This document shows, in pieces, positions 9,428 to 19,364 of a stretch of DNA of 64,000 bases. The first letter of the stretch is position 1. Each line of letters opens with the position of its first letter. The DNA is from a virus. Made by a program: the position numbers and the translations under genes. The notes below the pieces were generated by a model. It did not search any database, was not told the origin of the DNA, and saw only the letters and a program-made list of their open reading frames with translations. The stretch is taken from IMG/VR virus record IMGVR_UViG_3300009506_000003, positions 1-64,000 of that record. One strand, given 5' to 3'.

Positions 9428-9949
9428 ATGACGGAGCCGGTCCTGGAATCAGTCGACGTGACCGGCCTCGACAAAGTCATCCGCTTCAGAGGATGGGAGT
9501 TCGAGGAAGACGGAGTCGGTCACGTCACTACAAGGAACCAAACCAAGCAGGAAGAACTACCGGAGGATTTGATGTCAGCATTAGCAGATACCATTGGCGA
9601 CGGCATGGCGAAGGTCACTGTCGGCGCCGAGCTCGGGCACAGCAAAGAGTACGGCTGTAAGGCCCAAGCATTTGTGAGCATCTCTGTTCACTGCAACAAC
9701 GACGACGGGACCATCGACGAGGTGCAACGGCTCCTCCACGACAAGGCCCGAGCGTTCGCCAACCAAGACCTCGAAGACATGATCGCAGACAGGGATGCCT
9801 TCATGTTGAGAGACAAAAGCCAAGAAGAGAAGCCCGCAGGTAAGCTGGCCCGAACCGGGGATGCAACAAAGCCGCCGGCCAAGGCCAGCCCCAAACCGGG
9901 AGCAAACTCCAAAGGCAAAGTACGGGCCAGACCGAACTTCCGGAGGTGA
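9428..9949 (+). CDS. Hypothetical protein with basic C-terminal tail
   Basis: 173-aa ORF in the operon; Lys/Pro/Ala-rich C-terminus. Confidence 0.7.
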   Translation: MTEPVLESVDVTGLDKVIRFRGWEFEEDGVGHVTTRNQTKQEELPEDLMSALADTIGDGMAKVTVGAELGHSKEYGCKAQAFVSISVHCNNDDGTIDEVQRLLHDKARAFANQDLEDMIADRDAFMLRDKSQEEKPAGKLARTGDATKPPAKASPKPGANSKGKVRARPNFRR

Positions 9950-9950
9950 C

Positions 9951-10292
9951 ATGTACGTCCGGAGTGAAGGAAGGAACAGCGCCTTCGACGGCGTGATGGC
10001 TGTCGAAGGCAAGTTCACGTTCAGACCTGACGTGGACAAGGTGCCGAACATCGAAGTGCTCTTGTGCTATCTGAACAGCGCAACGCACACGACGTACGGT
10101 ACTTGCCCGTTCACAACCCCGAGCCCGAAGACCATTGAGGCATTCTTGGAGTTTCTCAAGTGCATCGAGCAGGACTTCGGTGAGGTTGTGTTTGAGGGAG
10201 GCGTGCTGACCCCATTTGGGCCTGCCACGTCCCTCACATCGAGTAGAGCAGAGTCAGGCGAGGGTCTTCCCTCTGGCCTGGGAGAGGGGTGA
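9951..10292 (+). CDS. Hypothetical protein
   Basis: GGAGGTG RBS before ATG 9951; fills the gap to dnaB. Confidence 0.65.
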   Translation: MYVRSEGRNSAFDGVMAVEGKFTFRPDVDKVPNIEVLLCYLNSATHTTYGTCPFTTPSPKTIEAFLEFLKCIEQDFGEVVFEGGVLTPFGPATSLTSSRAESGEGLPSGLGEG

Positions 10293-10295
10293 CAC

Positions 10296-11933
10296 ATGGC
10301 TTCGCTGGAAGACCGGATTCTGTCGCAGATATTGGACTCCGGTACGATGGCGGAGGCCCTTCGGTGCGGACTCAACGAGAAGCTATTCCTCAGCGCAGAA
10401 CCGAGGATGATCTACCGCTTCATTTCTCAGTACTGGTTCAACCCAGCTACGCACGGTACCGTTCCAACCTACGACCGAGTCAGGCGCAGGTGGCCGGGGT
10501 TTGAGCTTGCCCTCCCACCAGAGGGAAAAGATGACCCCATCAAAGTCCTGATTGACGACCTGAAGTTCAGGTCCCTGGAATCTGATGCCAGGGGCATGGT
10601 GGATCTCTTTCAAGAGCTCGTCGAGGATGACCCGGTTGAAGCTGTCAGGACGATGAAAGCCTCACTCGACTCCCTCGACATCGAGCTCAGGTCAGGCGGG
10701 CTCAGTAGGGGTATGGGTCTCGACGACATCCTGGCCATGGCAGAAGAACACTACGAGGGCGCTCAAACAGGTGCCATCTACGGGGTTCCTTGGCCATGGC
10801 AGTGTCTGACGGAGGACACCTTGGGTAAGCGAGGTGGGGATTTCGTGGTCTTCTATGGACGAATGAAGTCCATGAAGACCTGGATCCTGCTGTACTGTGC
10901 TGCGGTAGACTTCTTGAACCACAACAAGCGTGTGCTGGTGTGGTCCAGAGAGATGTCCAAACCAAAGCTGGGCTTGCGCATGGCTACACTGTTGGCGCAA
11001 GTGGACTACCAGCTTTTCAAGAAGGGTCTCCTACCACCCAAGGTACGGGACCGTTGTTTTGATGTTCTCCGGACTCTGGTTCGAAAAGTGTCTATCCGAG
11101 AGATGAGGGAGGGGGCGGGAAGAGGAACCCGCGACCTACTTCTTCTGGCCGGAAAGGATGCCCCCAGAAACCTGGAGGACTTGAAGCGCAAGGTGAATGA
11201 GTTCGAGCCGGACGTCATCTACCTCGACAGCTTCTACCACATGGACACCGCGCGTTCGATGAACGTGAACGTAAGGTGGCAGAGAGTTGCCTGCGTGGCC
11301 GAGGACGTCAAGGCGTACGCTGAAGACGACCACGTGCCTGTCGTTGCAGTTCACCAAGCGAACAGGCTTGGAGAGAAAACGTACGGCAACACCTTGGCGG
11401 ACCTCGCAGACGCGGACGTGATTGCCCGAGAGGCAGACCTCATCATTCGAGTGCTCAAGAGCCCTGGCTACAACGAGCTGGATGAGGAGGAGTACGAAGG
11501 CGAGCTGCAGCGGTTGGTGCGAGATTTGAAGCGCAAGGCTCCCGGCAGACAAAACAGCCGCCTACCCAGCATCAAGCTGGGCAAGAGCGACAAAAGGGCC
11601 GCCAACAAGAAATTGATGGAGCGGCTCACGGCTCAGCTAGATGTCCCCCGAGTCGGTGGGGAGTTGGCTATGGTCCTGGGTGGAAACCGTGAGGGAGTCC
11701 TCGAGGCATTCACCATGAAGGCCATCCCGTCCTACAACTTCGGCATTATCTCAGACCGCCCAGACATGAAGATCATTCGGGATTGGATGAAGGAAGACGA
11801 CAAGTCCAACGACGATGATCCTCCTCGAAAGGCGAAGCCGAAGAAGGAAAAAGAGCGGACGTCAGTGGCGCAGTTTGACGAAGCCCTGACGGACATGGAC
11901 CCGTCAGAGAAAAAGAAGAAGAAGAAAGGATGA
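10296..11933 (+). CDS. dnaB: DnaB-like (SF4) replicative helicase
   Basis: Variant Walker A GRMKSMKT, WSREM, Walker B IYLDSF, HQANR, READLII; adjacent to the primase. Confidence 0.88.
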   Translation: MASLEDRILSQILDSGTMAEALRCGLNEKLFLSAEPRMIYRFISQYWFNPATHGTVPTYDRVRRRWPGFELALPPEGKDDPIKVLIDDLKFRSLESDARGMVDLFQELVEDDPVEAVRTMKASLDSLDIELRSGGLSRGMGLDDILAMAEEHYEGAQTGAIYGVPWPWQCLTEDTLGKRGGDFVVFYGRMKSMKTWILLYCAAVDFLNHNKRVLVWSREMSKPKLGLRMATLLAQVDYQLFKKGLLPPKVRDRCFDVLRTLVRKVSIREMREGAGRGTRDLLLLAGKDAPRNLEDLKRKVNEFEPDVIYLDSFYHMDTARSMNVNVRWQRVACVAEDVKAYAEDDHVPVVAVHQANRLGEKTYGNTLADLADADVIAREADLIIRVLKSPGYNELDEEEYEGELQRLVRDLKRKAPGRQNSRLPSIKLGKSDKRAANKKLMERLTAQLDVPRVGGELAMVLGGNREGVLEAFTMKAIPSYNFGIISDRPDMKIIRDWMKEDDKSNDDDPPRKAKPKKEKERTSVAQFDEALTDMDPSEKKKKKKG

Positions 11934-12988
11934 TTGGATTAGCAGACCAGATTGCCGAGGAGCACCTACGTCGAGTCAGAATCAAGAGCGACTTCATCTC
12001 CGCAGCCTGCCCGTTCCACAAGGGAGGCCAGGAGTCGAACCCGTCGTTCTGGATCAACCGTCACGTAGGCAACTGGGGCTGTTTTACCTGTGATGCTCAC
12101 GGGGGCGGTCTCAAGTGGCTCCTCAAAGAACTTGGAGTCAGCAGCAGAAAGATAGAGGCACAGCTCGATGAGGCTGAGCGGCAGGCGGAGAAGTACCGGA
12201 AGCTGGATGAAGTCAAAAAGAAGAAGAAGTCCCGCAAGGATTTCAAAGGCGACTTCATCCTTCCGGATGCACTGCTCGGCGTCTACGACTGGATGCCAAT
12301 AGACCTGGTAGAAGAAGGCTTCAAGAAAGAGCTCCTTCGGGAGCACGATGTCGGCTTCGACAGGAATAACAACCGCATCACCTGGCCCATCCGCGACCTG
12401 TACGGGAACCTGGTCGGCATCTCTGGGAGGGCTACCCTCATCGGTGAGGAACCCAAGTACCGGATGTACTCTGGGAAGAGGATCCTCGACGACAAAGAGG
12501 TGCTAGGAGAGCTGGGAGAGTGGTACCCAACGTACTCCAACGAAGGCGTGAGAGACCACTTGTGGCGGCTCGACAAGTGCTGGAATCGCCTGTTGGAGAA
12601 CAAGGATGGAGACGAGCAACTCATCATCGTCGAGGGCTTCAAAGCCGCCCTGTGGATGGTCCAGAACGGTTGGACCAACACGGTAGCCCTGATGGGTGCG
12701 AACATGTCTCCTGCCCAAGAGCGGATTGTCCGCAAGCTCGGGCTGGAAACGTTCGTTTTGCTCGACAACAACAGACCCGGACGGAAAGGAAGCTATCGGA
12801 TCTGTCAGAGGTTGGCTGTAAGCTCGTTCCCAGTTTATGAGGTCTCATATCCGGGGTACCTGGACGATGACGTCCAGCCGGATGACCTCGAGGAAGATGA
12901 GCTCGAAGAAGCTCTGTGTTCAGCTAGACGCATTGGAGGAAAGAAAAATGTCTTACGACGCATGGGACGACAGTCTCGAAGAGGATAG
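11930..12988 (+). CDS. dnaG: DnaG-type primase (CHC2 Zn finger plus TOPRIM)
   Basis: CPFH...CFTC; RITWPI..LYGNLVGISGR; PKY; IIVEGFKA; LLDNN; QPDD. Confidence 0.92.
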   Translation: MIGLADQIAEEHLRRVRIKSDFISAACPFHKGGQESNPSFWINRHVGNWGCFTCDAHGGGLKWLLKELGVSSRKIEAQLDEAERQAEKYRKLDEVKKKKKSRKDFKGDFILPDALLGVYDWMPIDLVEEGFKKELLREHDVGFDRNNNRITWPIRDLYGNLVGISGRATLIGEEPKYRMYSGKRILDDKEVLGELGEWYPTYSNEGVRDHLWRLDKCWNRLLENKDGDEQLIIVEGFKAALWMVQNGWTNTVALMGANMSPAQERIVRKLGLETFVLLDNNRPGRKGSYRICQRLAVSSFPVYEVSYPGYLDDDVQPDDLEEDELEEALCSARRIGGKKNVLRRMGRQSRRG

Positions 12989-14153
12989 GAAGAGTACACG
13001 TCGCAGCAGCGGCAAGAAGTGGGGGTACCTGTTCCGGTTCACGGATGCCCCGACCAAGATTCACCTGAGCCACCCGGAGCAGCCCTACACCCACCCGAAG
13101 ACGGGCAAGGAGCTTCCGTTCCGTTCTGGCAAGCGGCACTACCTGCCGGGCCGGGGCAAGCGGAAGAAGGGCATGTTTGCCGAGTGCGGGGTAGACGCAG
13201 GAGAGCCCTGCGTGGTTTGCGCCTACAGCAATCCGACCGCCTTCGGTCTGGAGAACGTGGCGCCGGATGCGAGCCTCGCCCAGCATGACGCCAAGGTGTA
13301 CTACGCCGTGGCCGGCTGGATCGAGGAGTGGTACCACCTGGTCGAGTACTACAAGGACGAGAATGACCACAACGCGGGAACGTACACCCAGCGTGAGCGT
13401 TGTCTCGGCCGTGGTTGCGAGTACTGCCAGGATGAGCTCCCCAAGGTCTTCGGCAAGAAGTTCTACACCGAGATCTCCCCGGGGCAGTGGCGCCACAGCA
13501 TCCATGACCTCCACAAGAAGATCGAGAATCGTTACTGCAAGTGCGGTGGGGACATCTTCGTCACCAGCTTCACCTGTGCCGGCTGTGACAAGCTGGTGCT
13601 CGACGTGGCGACCTACTGTGACTGCGGCAGCGACGACGTCTCCATCGACGTGGAGAAGGGAGAGGCACACTGCGGGAAGTGCAACTCCGTGTGGTCCGCA
13701 TTCTACACGGACCACCAGAAGCTCTACGAGGAAAGCCGCGAGGTCTACAAGTGCAAGTGTGGGCACCGCGGGTTCCTGGTTCCCCAGCGCATCTGCTCCA
13801 CCGAGGGCTGTGAGGTCGACCCGTTTGGCGTCTTTGACTGCCAACTCACGGTTCGTACCACCGGCACCAAGAAGGAGAAGCGCCTGGTCATCGACGACTA
13901 CCAAATCCAACCCCCGGATCCGATGCTCTTCGACGAGCAGGCTCAGGGTGGGGATGAGTGGGCGCCGAAGATCGTCGAGGCGTTCAAGAAGCCGCTGGAC
14001 CTCGAGTACTTGCTGCGCCCAGCGAGCACGGCCGAGCAGGCGAAGGAGATCGGGAAACCTGATCCCTTCAACTCTGCCGCCAGGGGCTCCGACAGGTACG
14101 CGCAGTACGACGGGGACGCGGGGGACAGTGACGACGAGGCGTTGACCTCGTAG
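12948..14153 (+). CDS. Putative ssDNA-binding protein with multiple Zn ribbons
   Basis: Lies between primase and polymerase; GGAGG RBS; acidic tail YDGDAGDSDDEALTS; 19 Cys. Confidence 0.55.
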   Translation: MSYDAWDDSLEEDRKSTRRSSGKKWGYLFRFTDAPTKIHLSHPEQPYTHPKTGKELPFRSGKRHYLPGRGKRKKGMFAECGVDAGEPCVVCAYSNPTAFGLENVAPDASLAQHDAKVYYAVAGWIEEWYHLVEYYKDENDHNAGTYTQRERCLGRGCEYCQDELPKVFGKKFYTEISPGQWRHSIHDLHKKIENRYCKCGGDIFVTSFTCAGCDKLVLDVATYCDCGSDDVSIDVEKGEAHCGKCNSVWSAFYTDHQKLYEESREVYKCKCGHRGFLVPQRICSTEGCEVDPFGVFDCQLTVRTTGTKKEKRLVIDDYQIQPPDPMLFDEQAQGGDEWAPKIVEAFKKPLDLEYLLRPASTAEQAKEIGKPDPFNSAARGSDRYAQYDGDAGDSDDEALTS

Positions 14154-14158
14154 TCGCC

Positions 14159-14449
14159 ATGGGCTGGACCAAACACCCTGACGCCGTGCAGGCGTATCAG
14201 AGTGGGCGGAAGGAGGCGCTCTCGAGCGTCAGGAAGCTGACCAAAGCGATAAGGCTGGAGCTGCAAAGCCCCGGCGATCTCTACGGCCAGAACCTCCTGG
14301 AGCTCGGGCGCGCTCTCCATACCGACCTCCGAAGATTCATTGCATTCAGGCGTGGGGTGGGCGGCGACGAGGACGTCGACACGCAACCCTACGTCGACCT
14401 CCTCCTGGAGGTTTTCACTCAATTCAAATGGAGCGTGCATGTCCGGTAG
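14159..14449 (+). CDS. Hypothetical protein
   Basis: 96-aa ORF filling the gap to the polymerase. Confidence 0.55.
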   Translation: MGWTKHPDAVQAYQSGRKEALSSVRKLTKAIRLELQSPGDLYGQNLLELGRALHTDLRRFIAFRRGVGGDEDVDTQPYVDLLLEVFTQFKWSVHVR

Positions 14450-16787
14450 GACGTTGAACATAGGCCTCGACGGCCGAGTGGGCGTGCCACTTCCAGAATA
14501 CATCAAGACGGATGAGCAAGCTCAGGACCTCCTGCATCTGACTTTGAGGAAGGTGCAGGAGGACCCTGGCGACCTGATCGGGTGGGACACTGAAACGACC
14601 GGCAAGAAGATGCCATTCAAGGTCGGCAACAGGAACCCGCTCGATTGGATGTCCGACACGATCACATTCTGGTCGATGGCCTTCCGCGACCGTGGGGAGT
14701 ACCGAAGGTTCTGCCTGCGGGGTGAGCACTTCCAGTACTTCGCACCACTGCTGGAGAATCCAGACGCATGGTTTGCATGCTGGAACGCCAAGTACGATGC
14801 CCACATCGCGTGGAACATGGGCATCAACATCTGGAATGCCCATATCGTTGACGGTCTGGCTCTAGCTGGACTGCACGACGAGAACAAGCTGCAGCGCGGC
14901 TTGAAGGTCTGTGCACTCCACTGGTGTGGGCTGCCAATGACCAAGTACGCAGACCTGTTCCCGGAGAAGGACATACACGGCAAAAAGATAAAGGAGTTCG
15001 AGACGAGTCTGTACGACCTCCCGCTTGAGCCGGTAGTCGACTACGCCTCGTACGACGCCTTCTGCCACCTGGTCACTGTGGAGTGGGTACGAGACAAGCT
15101 CAAGCAGACGATGATTCAAGAGGGCTACAGCCTCTGGGATTATTTCCTCCGCATGGAGATGAAGATGACCGAGGTGCTCTGGAGGATGGAGCGCCGAGGG
15201 ATGTACCTGGACGAGGAGTACCTGAGGGCAAAGATTCCTGTCATCGAGAAGGAAGTCGAAGCCATCAACAGAGAGATCGCGCGTGTCTCTGGACGTCCCG
15301 ACATCAACATCAACTCAACTCCCCAGCTCACTGACTTCTTTTTCGGGAAGGGCAAGGGTTGCATGGGGTTGAAGCCCGTGAAGATGACCAAAGGTGGGAA
15401 GCCTTCCGTTGACAAGGAAGTGCTCGACCTCCTGGCCAGCTCAGGGATAGACCTGGCGAAGAAGATCGTCCGCCACCGTAGCATCAGCAAAACGAAGAGC
15501 ACCTACCTCGACACGCTGCTGAACTTGTCCGCCTACTACGGGGACAATCGAATCCACCCAGGGTTCAACCAGTTCGGTGCCAAGACAGGTCGGTTCTCTA
15601 CGGACGTTCCCAATTCGCAAAACTTTCCTCGTCCTGACACTGACGAGTTTGGAATACGGAAAGCCTTCATTGCTCCTCCGGGCTACAAGCTCATCGTAGC
15701 CGACTACGAGCAGTTGGAAATGCGGATCATGGCACACATGTCTGGCGACCGCGCCATGATCAAAGCCATCCTGGATGGAATGGACCTTCACTCCTTCACG
15801 GTGTCTCGAATGGTTCCGGGAGTCACCTACGAAGAAGTGGTAGAAGCCAAGAAGGCAAAGGAGCGCACCGACAAGCAGAAGTGGTTGGTGGGTCTTCGGC
15901 AGGACTCCAAAGCCATTGGGTTCGGCATCATCTACGGTGCTGGTCCGCCTCGTATCGCTGAGGCCATCGAGATCTCGGACGAGGACATCCAAGCTCGCAT
16001 CGAGCGTCTCACTCGCGAAGAGATGAAGCTGGACATGATGGTAGAGGAGCACGGGTATCTGTGGCAGGACCCGAAGTGGAAGCGTGACAAGGCTCGAGCC
16101 CTGAGTGGTCGGGTCAAGAGAATGCGACAGCGCAATTCACTTCTGGACGAAGAGGCCGCCGTGATACTGGCTGCTCGTCAGTCAATAGCCAGTGAGAAAA
16201 TCCAAGCGTACTTCGCCACGTTCCCTGGCGTGAAGCAGTACATGCAGGACGTCCCAGAAGAGTGCCGTCAGTCTATGGAGTGGACCGAAGACGGACAGCC
16301 TCGCTTTCCACCCAAGAAGAGCTCGGACCCGGTCACCGCATCGGGAGAGTACGATTGGGACATGGAAGAGTGGCTGCCGGCATCCAAGTTACTCACCCGC
16401 ACTGGTCATCACAAGCCGTTCGGTTTTGTGAAGACACTCTGCGGCCGGTACCGACGGTTGGAGGACATCAACCACACCAACTACGTGTTCAAGTCTGAGG
16501 CCGAACGCCAGGCTGTGAACACGACCATTCAGGGATCCGCTTCTGACATCACTAAGGGTGCCATGCTACGCATCGAACGCGACCGTCGATTGAACATGAT
16601 GGGCGTGGAGATGCTGAACCAAGTCCACGACGAGCTCATCTTGGCAGTTCCGGAAGAGTACGCAGAACAAGCATTGCCTATCGTTGAAGAGTGCATGATG
16701 CACCCCTTCAGAAAAGGCGAGGACCCTCTGCGTGTCCCTATCCCTACAGAGGGCAAAATCGTAGACTCATGGGCCGAAGGCAAATGA
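14439..16787 (+). CDS. polA: Family A DNA polymerase (3'-5' exonuclease plus polymerase, no 5'-3' exonuclease)
   Basis: WDTET, WNAKYD, YASYDA; KTGRFS; motif A ADYEQLEMRIMAH; motif B RQDSKAIGFGIIYG; NTTIQGSASDI; motif C QVHDEL. Confidence 0.97.
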   Translation: MSGRTLNIGLDGRVGVPLPEYIKTDEQAQDLLHLTLRKVQEDPGDLIGWDTETTGKKMPFKVGNRNPLDWMSDTITFWSMAFRDRGEYRRFCLRGEHFQYFAPLLENPDAWFACWNAKYDAHIAWNMGINIWNAHIVDGLALAGLHDENKLQRGLKVCALHWCGLPMTKYADLFPEKDIHGKKIKEFETSLYDLPLEPVVDYASYDAFCHLVTVEWVRDKLKQTMIQEGYSLWDYFLRMEMKMTEVLWRMERRGMYLDEEYLRAKIPVIEKEVEAINREIARVSGRPDININSTPQLTDFFFGKGKGCMGLKPVKMTKGGKPSVDKEVLDLLASSGIDLAKKIVRHRSISKTKSTYLDTLLNLSAYYGDNRIHPGFNQFGAKTGRFSTDVPNSQNFPRPDTDEFGIRKAFIAPPGYKLIVADYEQLEMRIMAHMSGDRAMIKAILDGMDLHSFTVSRMVPGVTYEEVVEAKKAKERTDKQKWLVGLRQDSKAIGFGIIYGAGPPRIAEAIEISDEDIQARIERLTREEMKLDMMVEEHGYLWQDPKWKRDKARALSGRVKRMRQRNSLLDEEAAVILAARQSIASEKIQAYFATFPGVKQYMQDVPEECRQSMEWTEDGQPRFPPKKSSDPVTASGEYDWDMEEWLPASKLLTRTGHHKPFGFVKTLCGRYRRLEDINHTNYVFKSEAERQAVNTTIQGSASDITKGAMLRIERDRRLNMMGVEMLNQVHDELILAVPEEYAEQALPIVEECMMHPFRKGEDPLRVPIPTEGKIVDSWAEGK

Positions 16788-17221
16788 CGTTAGCGGAGAT
16801 CATAGAACGAGTAGCCCAACGCCAGGAGGTTTCGACCACCCTGGTGAAGGGCTTCGTTCATGAGACCATAGAGGAAGTCGTCCGGGTACTCGACCGAGGC
16901 GAGGACGTAAAAATCCGAGGTCTCGGTACGATGTGCTGGAGACGATCTCGTAGCAGAGTCGTCCCTGGAGGCGGCCATGTACCGGAAGGTTGGAAACTGA
17001 AGTTCGTGCCTTCCACCAAACTCAGAACACGGAGGACTGAGATGCCAGACCAAGATGAAGGAATGAACAAGTATGGAGTAGAGCTCGATGACGACAAAAC
17101 CAAACAGGCTTCTGAAGGACCTGACCAAGTGGGCCGTTGTCCCACTTGTCAGCGCCAGCTCGACGATGCTGGAGCGTGCCCTGTCCACGGTACTGAACCT
17201 CTTGAACCGTCTGGACGATGA
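16784..17221 (+). CDS. HU/IHF-like DNA-binding protein continuing in frame into a Zn-ribbon module
   Basis: MTLAEIIERVAQ...LDRGEDVKIRGLGT...KLKFVPSTKLR is an HU fold; no stop before CPTC...CPVH. Confidence 0.82.
   Translation: MTLAEIIERVAQRQEVSTTLVKGFVHETIEEVVRVLDRGEDVKIRGLGTMCWRRSRSRVVPGGGHVPEGWKLKFVPSTKLRTRRTEMPDQDEGMNKYGVELDDDKTKQASEGPDQVGRCPTCQRQLDDAGACPVHGTEPLEPSGR
17042..17221 (+). CDS. Small Zn-ribbon protein from a probable internal in-frame start in the HU ORF
   Basis: GGAGG at 17031-17035, 6 nt before the in-frame ATG 17042; 59 aa with KQAS and CPTC...CPVH. Confidence 0.55.
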   Translation: MPDQDEGMNKYGVELDDDKTKQASEGPDQVGRCPTCQRQLDDAGACPVHGTEPLEPSGR

Positions 17222-17627
17222 GCACGCAGACCCAGCTCCCGAAGTTTTCGGTTGCAGAGCTTGCGGCCTGATCTACGACCCAAGCGTGTACCGGCACTCA
17301 GGACAGGACGGTACGAGACGGAACGAAACGGCACGGCCGTGGAACTTTTGTCCTGAATGTGGTGAGCAGGGGGTTGAACTCCTCGGCCCCTTGCCCCACT
17401 CAGTAGAAAACGCCGACGGCTTCTTCCTCATTGCAGAAGATGGGGAGAGCCAAGGCCCGTACCCATCCGAGTCCGGTGCCAGCGACGCACTATGGGACTG
17501 GTTCAACAGGAGACAGCATGCCAAAGAAGAAGGTAGCAAAGAAACCAGCCGTGAAGGCCAAGTCATCCGCCTCGTCAAAGGAGGCAGTCAAGAAAGCCTC
17601 CCCGAAGAAGGCCGCTCAGAAGAGTGA
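17166..17627 (+). CDS. Zn-ribbon hypothetical protein (start uncertain)
   Basis: CRACG...CPECG; the only plausible frame between the HU and recA genes. Confidence 0.55.
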   Translation: MLERALSTVLNLLNRLDDEHADPAPEVFGCRACGLIYDPSVYRHSGQDGTRRNETARPWNFCPECGEQGVELLGPLPHSVENADGFFLIAEDGESQGPYPSESGASDALWDWFNRRQHAKEEGSKETSREGQVIRLVKGGSQESLPEEGRSEE

Positions 17628-18858
17628 GCCGAAGATCACTGCTCGAGAGCGGGCAGACGCTTTCGTGGAGCGTATGCGTACTGACCCTGCCTTCAGAGGC
17701 AAAGTCCAAGTGCGCAGCGCCAGGAGCTACCAGACACCGTACAACCTGCGGAGACCCACGGGTGTACTGGGCTTGGACCTGGCCCTACGTGGAGGGTTCC
17801 CCGCCGGCGGAGCGTCCCAAATCTACGGGCCGCGCTCCACCGGCAAGACCCACCTGGCGTTCCGAGTAGCTGGGGAGGTCCAGAAGAACTACGGCAACAA
17901 CGCCATCGTCGCCTTGGGGATGAGCGAAGGTCGGGCTGACGTAGGCTTCGCCAGGAGCGCGGGCTTCTGCATGGCCTACTCCGAAGAGAAGATCAAAGAG
18001 CTCGAGGGCATTCGTGTCAACAAGGGGCTGCCAAAGTTCACCGCAGAAGAGAGAGCCGACTTGCGCATGCAAATCGGGGAGGTGCTCTTCCTGCACGGCT
18101 CCACTGGTGGGGATATGCTTCAGAGCACTATCGAAGTCCTGACGGACATGGGTAGTGCCTGCCAGCTCATCCTCATCGACTCCCTTGGCTCCCTGCTGAC
18201 TCCAGACCAGGACAAGGGCAAGGTCAGTGACCGGCAGTACGGCGGAAGCTCAGGTATCATCACGACCTGGCAGACCAAAGTGCAGCCGCTCTACATCAAC
18301 GACCAGCCTGACGGGTCGTGTCTCGAGACCACCATCCTTGGCATCAACCAGGTGCGTGCCCTCATTGGGGGCCCTTCCCCGAACATGACGAGACCTGCCG
18401 CCGGTGCCAAGTCCTGGGAGCATGCTCAGCTCAACAGCATCGAGCTCAAGCGCGGAGAACCACTGTGGGCTGACACAAAGCACACCAAGCAGGCGGGCCA
18501 CATCGTGAAGTGGTCCATCAAGAAGGGGAAGGCCGGAACCCATGACGGGTTGAAAGGGGAGTACGACTGGCGGCACATCCTCGATTCGGAGCCCATCTTT
18601 TGGAAGGACGTGCTCGAGGTAGGCAAGTCGTACGCCATCGACGTTGTGCAGGACCTGGTGGAATCGGCTATCTCGGTCGGTGTCATCTCCCGCGCGGGGT
18701 CATGGCTGACTTGGGCAGACGAAGAAAACCGTGTCATCGCCAAGGCACAAGGTGCGGACAAGATGGCCGACATCATCCAGGATGAGGACGAGGAGCTCGA
18801 GGAGCGCCTTCGGAAAGCCTGCCTGGATGCTGCTGACCTGACGGTGCGGTACAACTGA
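17518..18858 (+). CDS. recA: RecA/UvsX-like recombinase
   Basis: PTGVLGLDLALRGGFPAG, Walker A GPRSTGKT, Walker B ILIDSL, INQVR, GVISRAGSWL; AGGAG RBS. Confidence 0.92.
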   Translation: MPKKKVAKKPAVKAKSSASSKEAVKKASPKKAAQKSEPKITARERADAFVERMRTDPAFRGKVQVRSARSYQTPYNLRRPTGVLGLDLALRGGFPAGGASQIYGPRSTGKTHLAFRVAGEVQKNYGNNAIVALGMSEGRADVGFARSAGFCMAYSEEKIKELEGIRVNKGLPKFTAEERADLRMQIGEVLFLHGSTGGDMLQSTIEVLTDMGSACQLILIDSLGSLLTPDQDKGKVSDRQYGGSSGIITTWQTKVQPLYINDQPDGSCLETTILGINQVRALIGGPSPNMTRPAAGAKSWEHAQLNSIELKRGEPLWADTKHTKQAGHIVKWSIKKGKAGTHDGLKGEYDWRHILDSEPIFWKDVLEVGKSYAIDVVQDLVESAISVGVISRAGSWLTWADEENRVIAKAQGADKMADIIQDEDEELEERLRKACLDAADLTVRYN

Positions 18859-19364
18859 TGCCGGTCAACACCCAACTGCTCTGCAAAGAGTGTGACCACA
18901 CGACCTCCATCAACCTCACTGTCTACCGTCAAAGGAAGAAAGCGGGGCTGGAGATCCTGTGCTCCCACTGCGGAGCAGAACTTTCCCTGAGAAGGGATAA
19001 GCCCCGGCTAGGGGCTACTGACAGTCAAAAGCGGAGTCGGAACCAGGAGAAGCGGGTGGCCTCTCGTGAGGGCGGCCGTCGCCAACCTGGATCCGGAGCC
19101 GTCGATGGCTTCGAGGGTGACGTCCGTGTCACCGGGAAGTACCGAGGCGAGTGCAAGTTCACCAGAGCCAAGTCGTTCAGCCTGAAGCTCTCCGAGCTCC
19201 TCAAGCTCGAGCGGCAAGCTGGCTCTGGTGAGCTGCCTGCCTTTGACATCGAGTTCCAAGGGGTCAGCCCCCACAAGCGGTATGTCGTTCTCCCTGAATG
19301 GGTCTTCGACACACTGATGGAGGAGTCCGGAAGGAGAACGGATGCAGATACTGACAATCGCTGA
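18858..19364 (+). CDS. Hjc-like PD-(D/E)XK nuclease/resolvase with N-terminal Zn ribbon
   Basis: CKEC...CSHC; QEKRVA...RQPGSGA...GDV...ECK. Confidence 0.78.
   Translation: MPVNTQLLCKECDHTTSINLTVYRQRKKAGLEILCSHCGAELSLRRDKPRLGATDSQKRSRNQEKRVASREGGRRQPGSGAVDGFEGDVRVTGKYRGECKFTRAKSFSLKLSELLKLERQAGSGELPAFDIEFQGVSPHKRYVVLPEWVFDTLMEESGRRTDADTDNR

Noticed and set aside
15960-16420. PolA insertions as inteins or introns
   Set aside because: The frame is uninterrupted, there are no Cys/Ser start or His-Asn end motifs, and the inserts are shorter than typical mini-inteins.
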